Sequence record: SRR2962707_1184
Strand: one strand, 5' to 3'
Length of the DNA stretch: 64,000 bases
Shown: one piece after another, positions 31,112-41,197 of the stretch
Numbering within the stretch: the stretch's first letter is position 1
Layout of the letters: every line of letters starts with the position of its first letter
Program-made: the position numbers and the translations under genes
Notes under the pieces: generated by a model
What the model was told of the DNA's origin: nothing
The model's input: only the letters and a program-made list of their open reading frames with translations
Databases searched by the model: none

Positions 31112-33745
31112 TTAAACAAGGCTTTTAGAAACCACCTCATAAACATCTTTAGACAAGTCTTCTGCCAGAATACGCTCAAGCTCTGCTTTCATTTTAACGC
31201 TGAGTTCTGGTTTCAGTTTTTTCCATCTTGTCAGTGGTGTACACAAGCGAGACGCCAGCTGAGGGTTACGCTTATTCAGCACAATGATCTGATCCGCTAG
31301 AAAACGATAGCCGGAGCCGTCTTCTTTATGGAAGCCTGCCACGTTTTGACCAAACCCACCCAATACAGAACGCACTTTATTTGGGTTTTTCAAATCAAAC
31401 GATGGGTGAGCCATCAAACCTTCTACCACAGCCAGCGCATCGTCAGCATCTTGAGAAGCGCTCAACATCAACCATTTGTTCACGACCAAGGGCTCATTTT
31501 TCCATTGCTCATAAAACGCATTGAGCATGCTCGCCGCGTCTGGATGAGCAGAGTGCACAGCAATCGATAAGGCGCCAAATTGGTCCGTCATGTTATCTGC
31601 GTTAGCGAATTGCTCAGCAATGGCGGCTTTTGCCTTGTCATCTGAAGTCTCAGACCAATAAGACAGCGCCATGCTCTTGAGCGAGCGACGCGCGATGTCT
31701 TGTGCGCTAGGCTGGTAATCAGAGGTAATGATGTTGTTTTGGTAAGTTTGCGCAAATTGCTCAGATAGCGCATTGGCAATTGTCTCTTTTAAGAACTGAC
31801 GGGCTTTTTTGATGGCCAACGGGTCAATCGTTTCAGCCAACTCAGACAAGTAAGCCTGACTTGGCAAGGCAAGAATCAACGCCACCATAGCAGGGTCCAG
31901 AGATTCATCCGCCAATAAGGATCGTAATCCTGCCACCAGCTGAGACTCGATTGCTAACGGTTGACCTGATGACGCCTGCTCAATTAACTGAGTCAGCTCA
32001 TTGACCGCCAATTGTTGCGCCGCACTCCAACGATTAAAACCATCGCTGTCTGCCGACATAAGCAACAACAATTGATCGGCCGTGTAGTTATAACGCAGTT
32101 TCACTGGCGCAGAAAAAGAACGCAACAAGGATGGCACCGGCTTGCTGCTCACTTGAGTAAACTCAAACGTTTGTTCACTTTCGCTCAACAACAAGGTTAC
32201 ATCAGTGGATTGCTCGCCTTGGTATTGCGCTTGAATTTCTTGCCCTTGCTCATTCAACAGACCAACACGAATTGGAATATGAAGCGGCAGTTTCGTAGGT
32301 TGCCCAGGGGTCGCTGGCGTTTCTTGTTTTATCGTGAGTAGATAACGCTGCTCTTCTGGAAGATAGGTATCTTCAACCGTTACAATCGGAGTACCCGCTT
32401 GAGAATACCAACGCTTGAACAAGGTCAAATCAATGCCAGAAGCATCTTGCATGGCCGCGACAAAATCATCACAGGTCACGGCTTGCCCGTCATGGCGCTC
32501 GAAGTAAAGGTCCGACCCTTTACGGAACAGCTCCTCACCCAACAAGGTATGTATCATACGGACAATTTCAGAGCCTTTCTCGTACACAGTAAGGGTGTAA
32601 AAGTTAGAAATCTCAATAAACGAAGAAGGACGCACAGGGTGTGCCATTGGGCCTGCGTCTTCTGCAAACTGTGCGGTTTTCAAAAAGGAGACGTCTTCCA
32701 CTCGCTTAACCGTTGCAGAGTGCATGTCAGCCGAGAAAGATTGGTCACGGAATACCGTAAAACCTTCTTTCAAACTTAACTGAAACCAATCACGACAGGT
32801 CACGCGATTGCCCGACCAGTTATGGAAATACTCGTGCGCCACGACCGCTTCAACACGTAAGAAGGCGTCGTCTGTGGTGGTTTTAGGGCTGGCTAACAAA
32901 CAAGAAGAATTAAACACGTTCAACCCTTTGTTCTCCATTGCGCCCATATTAAAGTCGTCTACCGCGACAATCATAAAAATATCAAGATCGTATTCACGTC
33001 CGTATTTTTCTTCATCCCAACGCATAGAGCGTTTCAGTGCTTCCATGGCGTAATCCACTTTGTCGATGTTATGGGACTCAGTGAAAATTTGCAGTTTTAC
33101 ATCACGACCACTTTGCGTGGTGAAACGGTCATTTTTTACCGCCAAATCACCCGCTACCAAAGCAAACAAATACGCAGGTTTCGGGAAAGGGTCATGCCAA
33201 ACCACGACAGTTTTGCCTTCGTCTGTTTTAGCGCGTTCAATCTCGTTACCATTGGACAGCATCACAGGGTAACGCGCTTCATCAGCAATGATGGTCGTGG
33301 TAAACACCGACATCACATCAGGGCGATCAAGGTAATAGGTAATGTGACGGAAACCTTCCGCTTCACATTGGGTACAAAACATTGACGAAGATCGATACAA
33401 GCCTTCGAGACGCGTGTTGTTTTGCGGCTCAATCAAGGTTTCGCAGGTCAATATAAAGCTGTCTGCGGTGGCGGTGATAATCAACTTATCGTCCACCAAC
33501 TGATACTCTTCTGGCGGCAAGGCATAACCGTCCATCGCCACGCCAATTAGCTTAACATCTTCACCGCCATCTAAAATAAGAGGCGCATTGGATTTACCAT
33601 CCAAAGGGTTACGGCGCATGTGCAATCTGGATGTGACCACTGTGGTGGCTTCATCTAGATCAAACGTCAGTTCGGTTTTATCAATGAGAAAAGGAGGAAC
33701 CTTATAATCTTTTAAATAAATTGCTGAGGGTTGGCTCTCTTTCAT
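31112..33745 (-). CDS. pepN: Aminopeptidase N
   Basis: TQCEAEGFR, GAMENKGLN, HEYFHNW..18..E (M1 peptidase), NPNKVRS. Confidence 0.98.
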   Translation of the reverse strand: MKESQPSAIYLKDYKVPPFLIDKTELTFDLDEATTVVTSRLHMRRNPLDGKSNAPLILDGGEDVKLIGVAMDGYALPPEEYQLVDDKLIITATADSFILTCETLIEPQNNTRLEGLYRSSSMFCTQCEAEGFRHITYYLDRPDVMSVFTTTIIADEARYPVMLSNGNEIERAKTDEGKTVVVWHDPFPKPAYLFALVAGDLAVKNDRFTTQSGRDVKLQIFTESHNIDKVDYAMEALKRSMRWDEEKYGREYDLDIFMIVAVDDFNMGAMENKGLNVFNSSCLLASPKTTTDDAFLRVEAVVAHEYFHNWSGNRVTCRDWFQLSLKEGFTVFRDQSFSADMHSATVKRVEDVSFLKTAQFAEDAGPMAHPVRPSSFIEISNFYTLTVYEKGSEIVRMIHTLLGEELFRKGSDLYFERHDGQAVTCDDFVAAMQDASGIDLTLFKRWYSQAGTPIVTVEDTYLPEEQRYLLTIKQETPATPGQPTKLPLHIPIRVGLLNEQGQEIQAQYQGEQSTDVTLLLSESEQTFEFTQVSSKPVPSLLRSFSAPVKLRYNYTADQLLLLMSADSDGFNRWSAAQQLAVNELTQLIEQASSGQPLAIESQLVAGLRSLLADESLDPAMVALILALPSQAYLSELAETIDPLAIKKARQFLKETIANALSEQFAQTYQNNIITSDYQPSAQDIARRSLKSMALSYWSETSDDKAKAAIAEQFANADNMTDQFGALSIAVHSAHPDAASMLNAFYEQWKNEPLVVNKWLMLSASQDADDALAVVEGLMAHPSFDLKNPNKVRSVLGGFGQNVAGFHKEDGSGYRFLADQIIVLNKRNPQLASRLCTPLTRWKKLKPELSVKMKAELERILAEDLSKDVYEVVSKSLV

Positions 33746-33755
33746 TTGCTCTCTC

Positions 33756-34580
33756 CTAAAATGTCAGTGATGCTTGGTAACCGGTGTATTTACGAATGTT
33801 AATAACGCCCGTGTCGAGTATCCAGTACTGCCCTTTTATCCCCATTAGCACCCCTTCTATTTCAGGTGTTTTTTCCGCATTCAGACTGGTGACCTTAGTC
33901 GGGTATTCTAAAACGGGGTAGGTAAATTCGTGCGTTTCGTTTTCATCAGAAAGGTCAATAATGGATTGCAAGCCAAATTCATGTTGTAAGGCATCTAAGC
34001 CATCATAAAGTAAGCCAATTAACCGTTCTTGTTCATGTTCAAGATTGAGCTCTACCGCGGTGCCTTTGAGCATGTTGCGCCAATTGGTTTTGTCCGCCAC
34101 TTCATTTTTAAATAAGGTTTCCACCAGACCCGACATGCGGCGGTTCACCACACGAAACAAGGCGCGTCCCTGGGTGGCGCCTTGATCTAGCCAACGTGTT
34201 GGCAATTGATCGCCACGGGTAATCCCTACTTTAAGACCAGATGAATTGGCCAAGTACACATAGTGATCCTGTAAACAGTATTTTTCTGCCCATTCTGGCT
34301 CACGGCAAGTGCCTAAGTGATAGTGGCATTTTTCTGGGCTCATAATACAAGTATCGCAAGCGGCCAGTTTTTTAAAGCAGGGAAAACAAAAACCTTGGCT
34401 AAAAGACTTTTTAGTCACTCGACCACAATGGGTGCAGTTAATCGCGCCTTTAAAATGCAACGCAATTTTTTGGCCAATCAGGTCGTTCATATTGAGGCTG
34501 TCATCGCCTAAGGTTAACCTGTATTGAACTTGTCCTTGAGGCGCCGTCGCCGACATTTTTTTCAGATTGCCAGACAACAT
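33756..34580 (-). CDS. DUF2797-type Cys-rich conserved protein
   Basis: CTHCG, GFCFPC, CDTC...CH...C, HYVYLANSSGLKVGITR, PTRWLDQGA, G.L.GIKGQY. Confidence 0.8.
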   Translation of the reverse strand: MLSGNLKKMSATAPQGQVQYRLTLGDDSLNMNDLIGQKIALHFKGAINCTHCGRVTKKSFSQGFCFPCFKKLAACDTCIMSPEKCHYHLGTCREPEWAEKYCLQDHYVYLANSSGLKVGITRGDQLPTRWLDQGATQGRALFRVVNRRMSGLVETLFKNEVADKTNWRNMLKGTAVELNLEHEQERLIGLLYDGLDALQHEFGLQSIIDLSDENETHEFTYPVLEYPTKVTSLNAEKTPEIEGVLMGIKGQYWILDTGVINIRKYTGYQASLTF

Positions 34581-34861
34581 TAAGCGTTTTCCTCAGGGCC
34601 ATCGTTCACCCATTTAATGCTGTCCACCTTGTCTTGATTATCGGCTTCAAATTTGGCTTGTTTGCTACCACGATCAATATACCCAACACGGCTTTCTTCA
34701 GGCTTATTGTTGTAGTCATAAGTGATCACAGCCTGTAAGCACAGCTCGCTTTGCTCTTTTGTTAAGCGTACGCCATTAGGCCATTTACCCAATTCAACCG
34801 CTTGCTTTAGGCTGACATAAACCTCTGGAGACATGTTGTCGATCATTTCTTTAAAATTCAT
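34580..34861 (-). CDS. YeaC (DUF1315) family protein
   Basis: PEVY..LKQAVELGKWPNG..LT.EQ...CLQAV. Confidence 0.88.
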   Translation of the reverse strand: MNFKEMIDNMSPEVYVSLKQAVELGKWPNGVRLTKEQSELCLQAVITYDYNNKPEESRVGYIDRGSKQAKFEADNQDKVDSIKWVNDGPEENA

Positions 34862-34902
34862 GGAATACTCTCATTAACCGTCGCCCAAACAATCAGGCGT
34901 TT

Positions 34903-35784
34903 TTAAATTTTTTTAAAGGCCGTAAAACGGGTGATTAACCAATACAGCACCGCCAATACCAGGCCCGCCCCTAGACCAATCGTATGGGCGGTGTTTGCGA
35001 TTCGGCCAAGGCCGATCATCTCAGGAAATTGGGTATAGCCGATCGCCAACCAAACCATAAAAAATATCATCAATGGCTTGCTGACAATCATCGGCCAGCG
35101 TGGGCTCAGCACAGGCATCAGCCAAGCAAAACCAATCACCCCATACACCACACCAGAGAGCCCGCCAAACAATGGGTTCCCCGTCAATTGATATTGCAAA
35201 ACATTACTAATGATGGCGATCACCACAACACCAAGCGTCCAAACCAAAGACCCCACTATTTTTTCAAGACGGCGACCAACATCCCAAATCCATAAGGTGT
35301 TAAACACAATGTGCATGATGCTGAAATGCAATAAAGCAGGAGACAATAAACGCCAATATTCACCGCGCGCCAGCACTTCTGATAAGGGATAAAAGCGCAG
35401 TTGATTGCCGACCACATCAAATGGACTAATGGTGAAATAACTGAGCGTTGACAGTTCTGAACCAAGCTGGGTAATAAAGGCAATCAATATCGCCGCGAGA
35501 ATCACAATCGCGGTGGCTGGTGCGTCCCGTAGTTGACTAACAAGGCCACCAGAACGACGCGAAGGTGCGGCGGCTTGATTCCGCTCGACCTTAGGTAAGG
35601 TACTGGGGTTTTCTTGCCAGAGTTGAATTAATTGCAGCGTCGGTGTTTGGTGTGAAGGGTCGGTGATCCACAGTTCCTGTCCAGTCTTGCCCATCACAAT
35701 TTGATGGCCTATTTTCAATCGCCATAAGGTCTGGCTAAGCAACGCTGGATCTGCATTTTCATCAAATTGATAAACTAACAACAT
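34903..35784 (-). CDS. glpG: Rhomboid intramembrane protease (GlpG type)
   Basis: WR..SP..LH....H..FN, FGGLSGVVYG (catalytic Ser), IANTAH (His). Confidence 0.9.
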   Translation of the reverse strand: MLLVYQFDENADPALLSQTLWRLKIGHQIVMGKTGQELWITDPSHQTPTLQLIQLWQENPSTLPKVERNQAAAPSRRSGGLVSQLRDAPATAIVILAAILIAFITQLGSELSTLSYFTISPFDVVGNQLRFYPLSEVLARGEYWRLLSPALLHFSIMHIVFNTLWIWDVGRRLEKIVGSLVWTLGVVVIAIISNVLQYQLTGNPLFGGLSGVVYGVIGFAWLMPVLSPRWPMIVSKPLMIFFMVWLAIGYTQFPEMIGLGRIANTAHTIGLGAGLVLAVLYWLITRFTAFKKI

Positions 35785-35883
35785 AATTGACACTGCACCT
35801 TTTCACACCGTTATAACAAATCAACTGGCCCTCAATGAATCCTTGCCATCATCGAGGGCTACTCTTGAGAAACCGCTCGTTAT

Positions 35884-36765
35884 CTAAGGTCGATAACTGC
35901 TTTGCCAACCAAGTTTATCGCGACACACATTATAAAAATCGTGATTTTTAGGGTGTATCAAACGAATATTACCGGCCTTTTTGGTGATGTGGATTTCGTC
36001 ACCTGGCGCTGCGGTAATGTTTAGCTGTCCATCACAACTGACGCTTGGGTAGGTCAAGTTCGATTCACAAACAACGATACGAATGCGTGCATTAGCATCG
36101 ATCACTATCGGGCGATTACTTAATGTATGAGGGTGCATAGGCACTAAAACAAGCGCATCAAGCTTTGGCAGCATAATTGGACCACCAGCAGACAAGGCAT
36201 ACGCGGTAGAACCGGTTGGCGTAGCAACAATCAAACCATCGGATTTTTGGTTCATCACAAACTGATCATCAATAAACAGATCAAAGCGTATCATTCGTGC
36301 CGACTTACCTGGGTGCAATACAAGGTCATTCAATGCAATGCCTTCACCGCTCGGACGGTTCTTACGCTTAATCTTGGCTTCGATCATAAAACGCTTTTCT
36401 TCATGGTACTCACCACGAAAAATAGGCTCCAACTCTTCTTGAAAAGAATGCGGGGAGATGTCCGTTAGAAACCCTAAGGTGCCACGGTTAATACCAATCA
36501 CAGGAACATCGTAGTTACTAATGGCTCTAGCAGCGCCTAAAAAGCTGCCATCGCCGCCGACAACCATCACTAAGTCACAATGATTGCCCAACTCTTTCAA
36601 CGGGGAAGAATCCACTTTAATGCCGGGCAGCATAGTGGCTAAATCGTGTTCTAATACCGGTTCTGAGCCCTTTTCTTGCAGGTATTCCATCAGCTTCTTA
36701 ACGGTATCAAGAATCTGAGGTTTATCTAATCGAGCTATTATTCCAACACGCCTAAAAAGACCCAT
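35884..36765 (-). CDS. nadK: NAD kinase
   Basis: VGGDGS, GINRGTLGFLT, ALND, DGLIVATPTGSTAYALSAGGP. Confidence 0.97.
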   Translation of the reverse strand: MGLFRRVGIIARLDKPQILDTVKKLMEYLQEKGSEPVLEHDLATMLPGIKVDSSPLKELGNHCDLVMVVGGDGSFLGAARAISNYDVPVIGINRGTLGFLTDISPHSFQEELEPIFRGEYHEEKRFMIEAKIKRKNRPSGEGIALNDLVLHPGKSARMIRFDLFIDDQFVMNQKSDGLIVATPTGSTAYALSAGGPIMLPKLDALVLVPMHPHTLSNRPIVIDANARIRIVVCESNLTYPSVSCDGQLNITAAPGDEIHITKKAGNIRLIHPKNHDFYNVCRDKLGWQSSYRP

Positions 36766-36881
36766 GTGTCATTCTCTTTCTGTCTGTCTGTGTAATGGTA
36801 AGCAACTTGATAGGCGATTTAAGATCGCTTTTATTATGAAAAGCCTTCAACCAAGTGCCGCGCCACTTTAACATGAAGGCC

Positions 36882-37874
36882 TTACTTTTCGCCATCCAGA
36901 GAAGAGGCGATATATGGATTCAAGGCCGCTGAATACCCTCTCCACCCTTGCAAACCACCCGTATGAATCAATAAGGTACGTTTATGGGGCCATTTTCCAT
37001 CACGAATCCTATTCATGACATGAAAAAGGGTTTTGCAGGTATAAACTGGGTCCAGCTGTTGAGCTGGGTTTGCGTCTGTAAAAAGCCTCAGAAACTGCTG
37101 CAATGCCTGACTCTGCTTAGCGTAGCCGCCTTCGTGAGCATCACTATGAAACGTCATTTTCTCTTCCAAAGCCGCAATATTCGTTTGATCCTCAGACACT
37201 AAACTGGCCAAAGAGAGGATCTCATCCGCTTGCGCAGCGGCCCCTTTAAGCGCACTAACAACGTGTAAATACGGGGTTTTCTCTGACGCCAATAAACCTG
37301 CCGCTGTGGTTCCTGTGCCAGCCGACACCACCCAAGCGTCACATTCACTGTCTAAATAGTCTATATCGGCCGCCCAATCTTGGCAGCCTTTGGCCCCTAA
37401 TACCCCGCCACCGCCTTCTGGGACCCAATAAATGCCTTCATATTGCCCATTAAGGTAAGACACCAACTCTGATTGTTCTGCTAGACGATAGTCTTGTCGA
37501 GTACAAGGCCACAAACTGACGCCCGCATTTGCCACATCGTACAATGTCGGCGTCAACCTAGGCTGAAGTTCGCCTCGCACCACGGCAATCCCCGCCATCT
37601 CAGTATCTCGTAATGTGGCGGCAAAGGCGTGCAGATGGTTGGAATAAGGACCACCAAAGGTGGCCATATAGCGAGCCCGAATGCGTTTTGCTTCGCGTAA
37701 ATGGTACTTTAATTTGTGCCACTTGTTGCCTGGCGCTTGCGGGTGTTCAAGGTCGCCACGGTAAATAAAGAGTTCACAAGAAGCGTGTGGATGTTGCCAC
37801 TTGGTGGGAATATGAAGCGGTTGGATAATAGACAAAAAAAGGCCTCGGCTAAACAGTCGAGGCCATAATATCAT
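36882..37874 (-). CDS. ACC deaminase/D-cysteine desulfhydrase family PLP enzyme
   Basis: GNKWHKL (PLP Lys), TFGG.YSNH, PEGG, GTGTT.AG, LDPVYT.K, IHTGGLQG. Start is either ATG 37874 or TTG 37835. Confidence 0.88.
   Translation of the reverse strand: MILWPRLFSRGLFLSIIQPLHIPTKWQHPHASCELFIYRGDLEHPQAPGNKWHKLKYHLREAKRIRARYMATFGGPYSNHLHAFAATLRDTEMAGIAVVRGELQPRLTPTLYDVANAGVSLWPCTRQDYRLAEQSELVSYLNGQYEGIYWVPEGGGGVLGAKGCQDWAADIDYLDSECDAWVVSAGTGTTAAGLLASEKTPYLHVVSALKGAAAQADEILSLASLVSEDQTNIAALEEKMTFHSDAHEGGYAKQSQALQQFLRLFTDANPAQQLDPVYTCKTLFHVMNRIRDGKWPHKRTLLIHTGGLQGWRGYSAALNPYIASSLDGEK
37834..37864 (-). terminator. Terminator-like hairpin at the 5' end of the dcyD-like gene
   Basis: Minus strand GGCCTCG-actgtttagc-CGAGGCC-TTTTTTT. 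Confidence 0.6.
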
Positions 37875-38054
37875 AAGCGGAAGTCAGTAAAATAAGGGAA
37901 ACTCATTCCCAACTTAATGATCTTGGTTTTGACAGACCTTTTCCCATTAAGTTCCTTTCGTTAAGCTCATAAAAGATTCATCCGACAAAAGCATTATCTT
38001 CATCATTTCTTTGTTAAAATCCCCGCAGCCATCATTTGCGGAGAATGAAACACC

Positions 38055-41000
38055 ATGATTCCATCACTTTCTGAGGTCTCGCCGATTCAGGCCAAATACC
38101 TTTCCTTTATTACACGTTTAAAGGCTTCAGGATTCTCAGGCGATAGTAATTTGGATTACGCTAATCGCGTGGTGCTTTCTACCGACAACTCCATTTATCA
38201 AGTGCTACCTCAAGGGGTCGTCTACCCTAAAAACACATCAGACTTACAGCAGCTTGTGACCCTTAGCAATGAGCCCGAATTCCACGACATTGTATTAAGC
38301 CCTCGTGGTGGAGGCACCGGCACCAACGGCCAGTCTCTCAGCGATGGTTTGATAGTCGATGTGTCTAAATACATGAATCGCATACTAGACATCAATGTGG
38401 AAGAAGGTTGGGCGCGCGTGGAAGCAGGCGTGGTTAAAGACCAACTCAACGCCGCGGTGAAACCTCATGGCTTATTTTTCGCGCCAGAACTGTCCACCAG
38501 CAACCGCGCGACCATTGGCGGCATGATTAACACCGACGCCAGCGGCCAAGGCTCGGTGACTTATGGCAAAACCCGCGATCACGTTCTTGAACTCACCACG
38601 GTACTTCTGGATGGCGGCTTACTCATCTCATCGCCTATTGACGATGAGGCACTGACCTCAATACAAAATGGTAGCGACTATGCCGCCCACGCTCATCGTG
38701 TTGTTGACGCCATTCAAAAAAGCAAAGCGGCCGACATTGACGCAACATTCCCGCCATTGAACCGTTGTTTAACAGGGTATGATTTGGCCCACATTCGCTC
38801 AGACGATGGTTTGTTTAACATCAACTCTGTGCTGTGCGGCTCAGAAGGCACGCTGGGCTTCATTACTGAGGCCAAGGTGAATTTGCTGAGCATCCCAAGT
38901 CACGCCGCCTTAGTCAATATCCGCTACAACAGCTTCGAAGCCTCGTTACGTCACGCCCGTGAATTATTAACGGCGCAGCCCACATCCATAGAAACCGTCG
39001 ATTCAAATGTCCTAGCGCTTGCCAAAGGCGACAATATTTGGGGTTCTGTGGCGGAGTTTTTTCCCGACCTACCAGGGCAAGACATACAAGGCATCAACCT
39101 GGTGGAATACACAGGCAACAACGAGCAGGAAGTGGCCGACAAAATAAAACGACTGACAGATCAGTTGGATCAATTCGCAAAAAACGGCGACAGCAGTACG
39201 CTGGGCTACACCATTGCGATGGGTCACAATAATGTCAAAAAACTGTGGGCGATGCGCAAAAAATCAGTGGGATTGCTTGGCAACGTACAAGGGGAAAAGC
39301 GTCCTATTCCTTTTGTCGAAGACACCGCCGTACCGCCAGAACATCTAGCGGATTTCATTATGGAATTTCGCGCGGTACTCGACAGTCATCAAGTCCAATA
39401 TGGCATGTTTGGTCATGTCGATGCTGGCGTGTTGCATGTGCGCCCTGCTTTGGATTTAAAAGACGAATCACAAGAACCCATGATCCGAGAAATCACCGAC
39501 AAGGTGGTGGCTTTGACCCAAAAATACAATGGTTTGCTGTGGGGCGAACACGGCAAAGGGGTTCGTTCTGAATACGCCCCCGCTTTTTTTGGCGACTTAT
39601 ACCCCTGCATTCAGCAAATAAAAGGCGCTTTTGACCCGAGAAACCAACTCAACCCCGGCAAAATTGCCACACCTTTTGAACTAGCGGCCGATTTATTAAA
39701 AATAGACGCGGTTCCGCTGCGCGGTCAATTCGACCGTCAGATCCCGATTCGAAATCGGGAGCAATTCAAAGACGGCCTCTACTGCAACGGCAATGGTGCC
39801 TGCTACAACTTTGACCCTAATGACGCCATGTGCCCTTCTTGGAAAGGCACCCGTGACCGTCGCCATTCACCCAAAGGGCGTGCATCCCTCATGCGAGAAT
39901 GGCTCAGAGGCATGAGCGCTCAAGGGGTAGACACCCAAAAAGCCAGCAAAGAGGCCAAAGACAGCCATTTTCTGATGAGCTTTATTCCACGCCTCAAAAA
40001 CACACTTGCCAAACGCCGTGGGGATTATGATTTCTCCCATGAAGTGCATGATGCCATGATGGGCTGCTTAGCCTGCAAATCTTGTGTTGGACAATGCCCT
40101 ATCAAGGTGGATGTGCCTGAGTTTCGAGCTAAATTTTTAGAACTCTATTACGCTCGCTATTTGCGCCCGATGAAAGACTATTTGGTTGGCTCATTGGAAT
40201 TTATGATGCCGACTCTGGCTATTTTTCCACAACCTTACAATTGGTTAGTCAGTCGGCGCTGGGTCAATCATTTAACAAGCAAATATTTTGGCTTAACAGA
40301 CAACCCAAAACTGAGCCCCATTAATTTAAAGAAAGAGATGTCGCGACGCGGCATTCGACTTGCCACCCCACTGGCAATTGAAGCCCTGAACCCCAAAGAC
40401 AGAAAACGTGCGGTGATTGTCGTGCAAGACGCTTTCACCAGTTATTTCGAAACCGAGCTGGTGCTCGACACCATGGAAATGCTGACACGATTAGGCTTTC
40501 AGGCCTATCTGGCACCTTATTTACCCAATGGCAAACCGCTGCATGTTCACGGCTTTATGAAAGCCTTTCAAAGAACCGCACGCAAAAACTTGGACATGCT
40601 ACAAAGCCTATCCTTCTATGGTTTGCCTTTTGTGGGCATTGATCCCTCCATGACACTGACCTATCGCGCCGAATACATGAAAACCTTCAGCGACAGTCGC
40701 CAAGTGCCGAGCATCCAATTAATGCAAGAATGGCTCGCCAGCAAAACAGAGCATTTAAACAAGCAGCCATTGTCTTTAGATGGCAGCGTGTATCATCTCA
40801 TGACCCACTGTACCGAGAAGACCAACGCCAGTGCATCGATCAAAGACTGGCAAACGGTTTATCAAACCCTAGGTTTGGAGCTGATCGTTGAAAATGTGGG
40901 CTGTTGCGGCATGGCTGGCACTTATGGCCATGAAGCCGCCAACCAAGACACCTCAAAAGTCATTTATGAGCTTTCTTGGAAAGAAAAGGTCACGAATCCG

Positions 41001-41135
41001 GCGCTAGCAGGTAAACTCCTCGCCACGGGCTACTCTTGCCGGAGCCAAGTGAAGCGCTTTGATCAAGTCCGCATTCTGCATCCAGCACAAATGTTGCTGC
41101 AGCACCTTCGTAGCGCTTCAACAAAAGCACCATAA
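38055..41135 (+). CDS. ydiJ: FAD- and Fe-S-binding oxidoreductase YdiJ (D-2-hydroxyglutarate dehydrogenase type)
   Basis: RGGGTGTNGQS, GSEGTL, GHVDAGVLHVRP, GEHGKG, CNGNGAC, CLACKSC...CP, CCGMAG. Confidence 0.9.
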   Translation: MIPSLSEVSPIQAKYLSFITRLKASGFSGDSNLDYANRVVLSTDNSIYQVLPQGVVYPKNTSDLQQLVTLSNEPEFHDIVLSPRGGGTGTNGQSLSDGLIVDVSKYMNRILDINVEEGWARVEAGVVKDQLNAAVKPHGLFFAPELSTSNRATIGGMINTDASGQGSVTYGKTRDHVLELTTVLLDGGLLISSPIDDEALTSIQNGSDYAAHAHRVVDAIQKSKAADIDATFPPLNRCLTGYDLAHIRSDDGLFNINSVLCGSEGTLGFITEAKVNLLSIPSHAALVNIRYNSFEASLRHARELLTAQPTSIETVDSNVLALAKGDNIWGSVAEFFPDLPGQDIQGINLVEYTGNNEQEVADKIKRLTDQLDQFAKNGDSSTLGYTIAMGHNNVKKLWAMRKKSVGLLGNVQGEKRPIPFVEDTAVPPEHLADFIMEFRAVLDSHQVQYGMFGHVDAGVLHVRPALDLKDESQEPMIREITDKVVALTQKYNGLLWGEHGKGVRSEYAPAFFGDLYPCIQQIKGAFDPRNQLNPGKIATPFELAADLLKIDAVPLRGQFDRQIPIRNREQFKDGLYCNGNGACYNFDPNDAMCPSWKGTRDRRHSPKGRASLMREWLRGMSAQGVDTQKASKEAKDSHFLMSFIPRLKNTLAKRRGDYDFSHEVHDAMMGCLACKSCVGQCPIKVDVPEFRAKFLELYYARYLRPMKDYLVGSLEFMMPTLAIFPQPYNWLVSRRWVNHLTSKYFGLTDNPKLSPINLKKEMSRRGIRLATPLAIEALNPKDRKRAVIVVQDAFTSYFETELVLDTMEMLTRLGFQAYLAPYLPNGKPLHVHGFMKAFQRTARKNLDMLQSLSFYGLPFVGIDPSMTLTYRAEYMKTFSDSRQVPSIQLMQEWLASKTEHLNKQPLSLDGSVYHLMTHCTEKTNASASIKDWQTVYQTLGLELIVENVGCCGMAGTYGHEAANQDTSKVIYELSWKEKVTNPALAGKLLATGYSCRSQVKRFDQVRILHPAQMLLQHLRSASTKAP

Positions 41136-41197
41136 ACACCCGATATTGACACTGTTCGGCCGACAATTTACCGGCCTTATTTTATGAAAGGACAAAC

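Noticed and set aside
37988..38006. Fur box upstream of the candidate sRNA
   Set aside because: Only about 13/19 match in AT-rich DNA.
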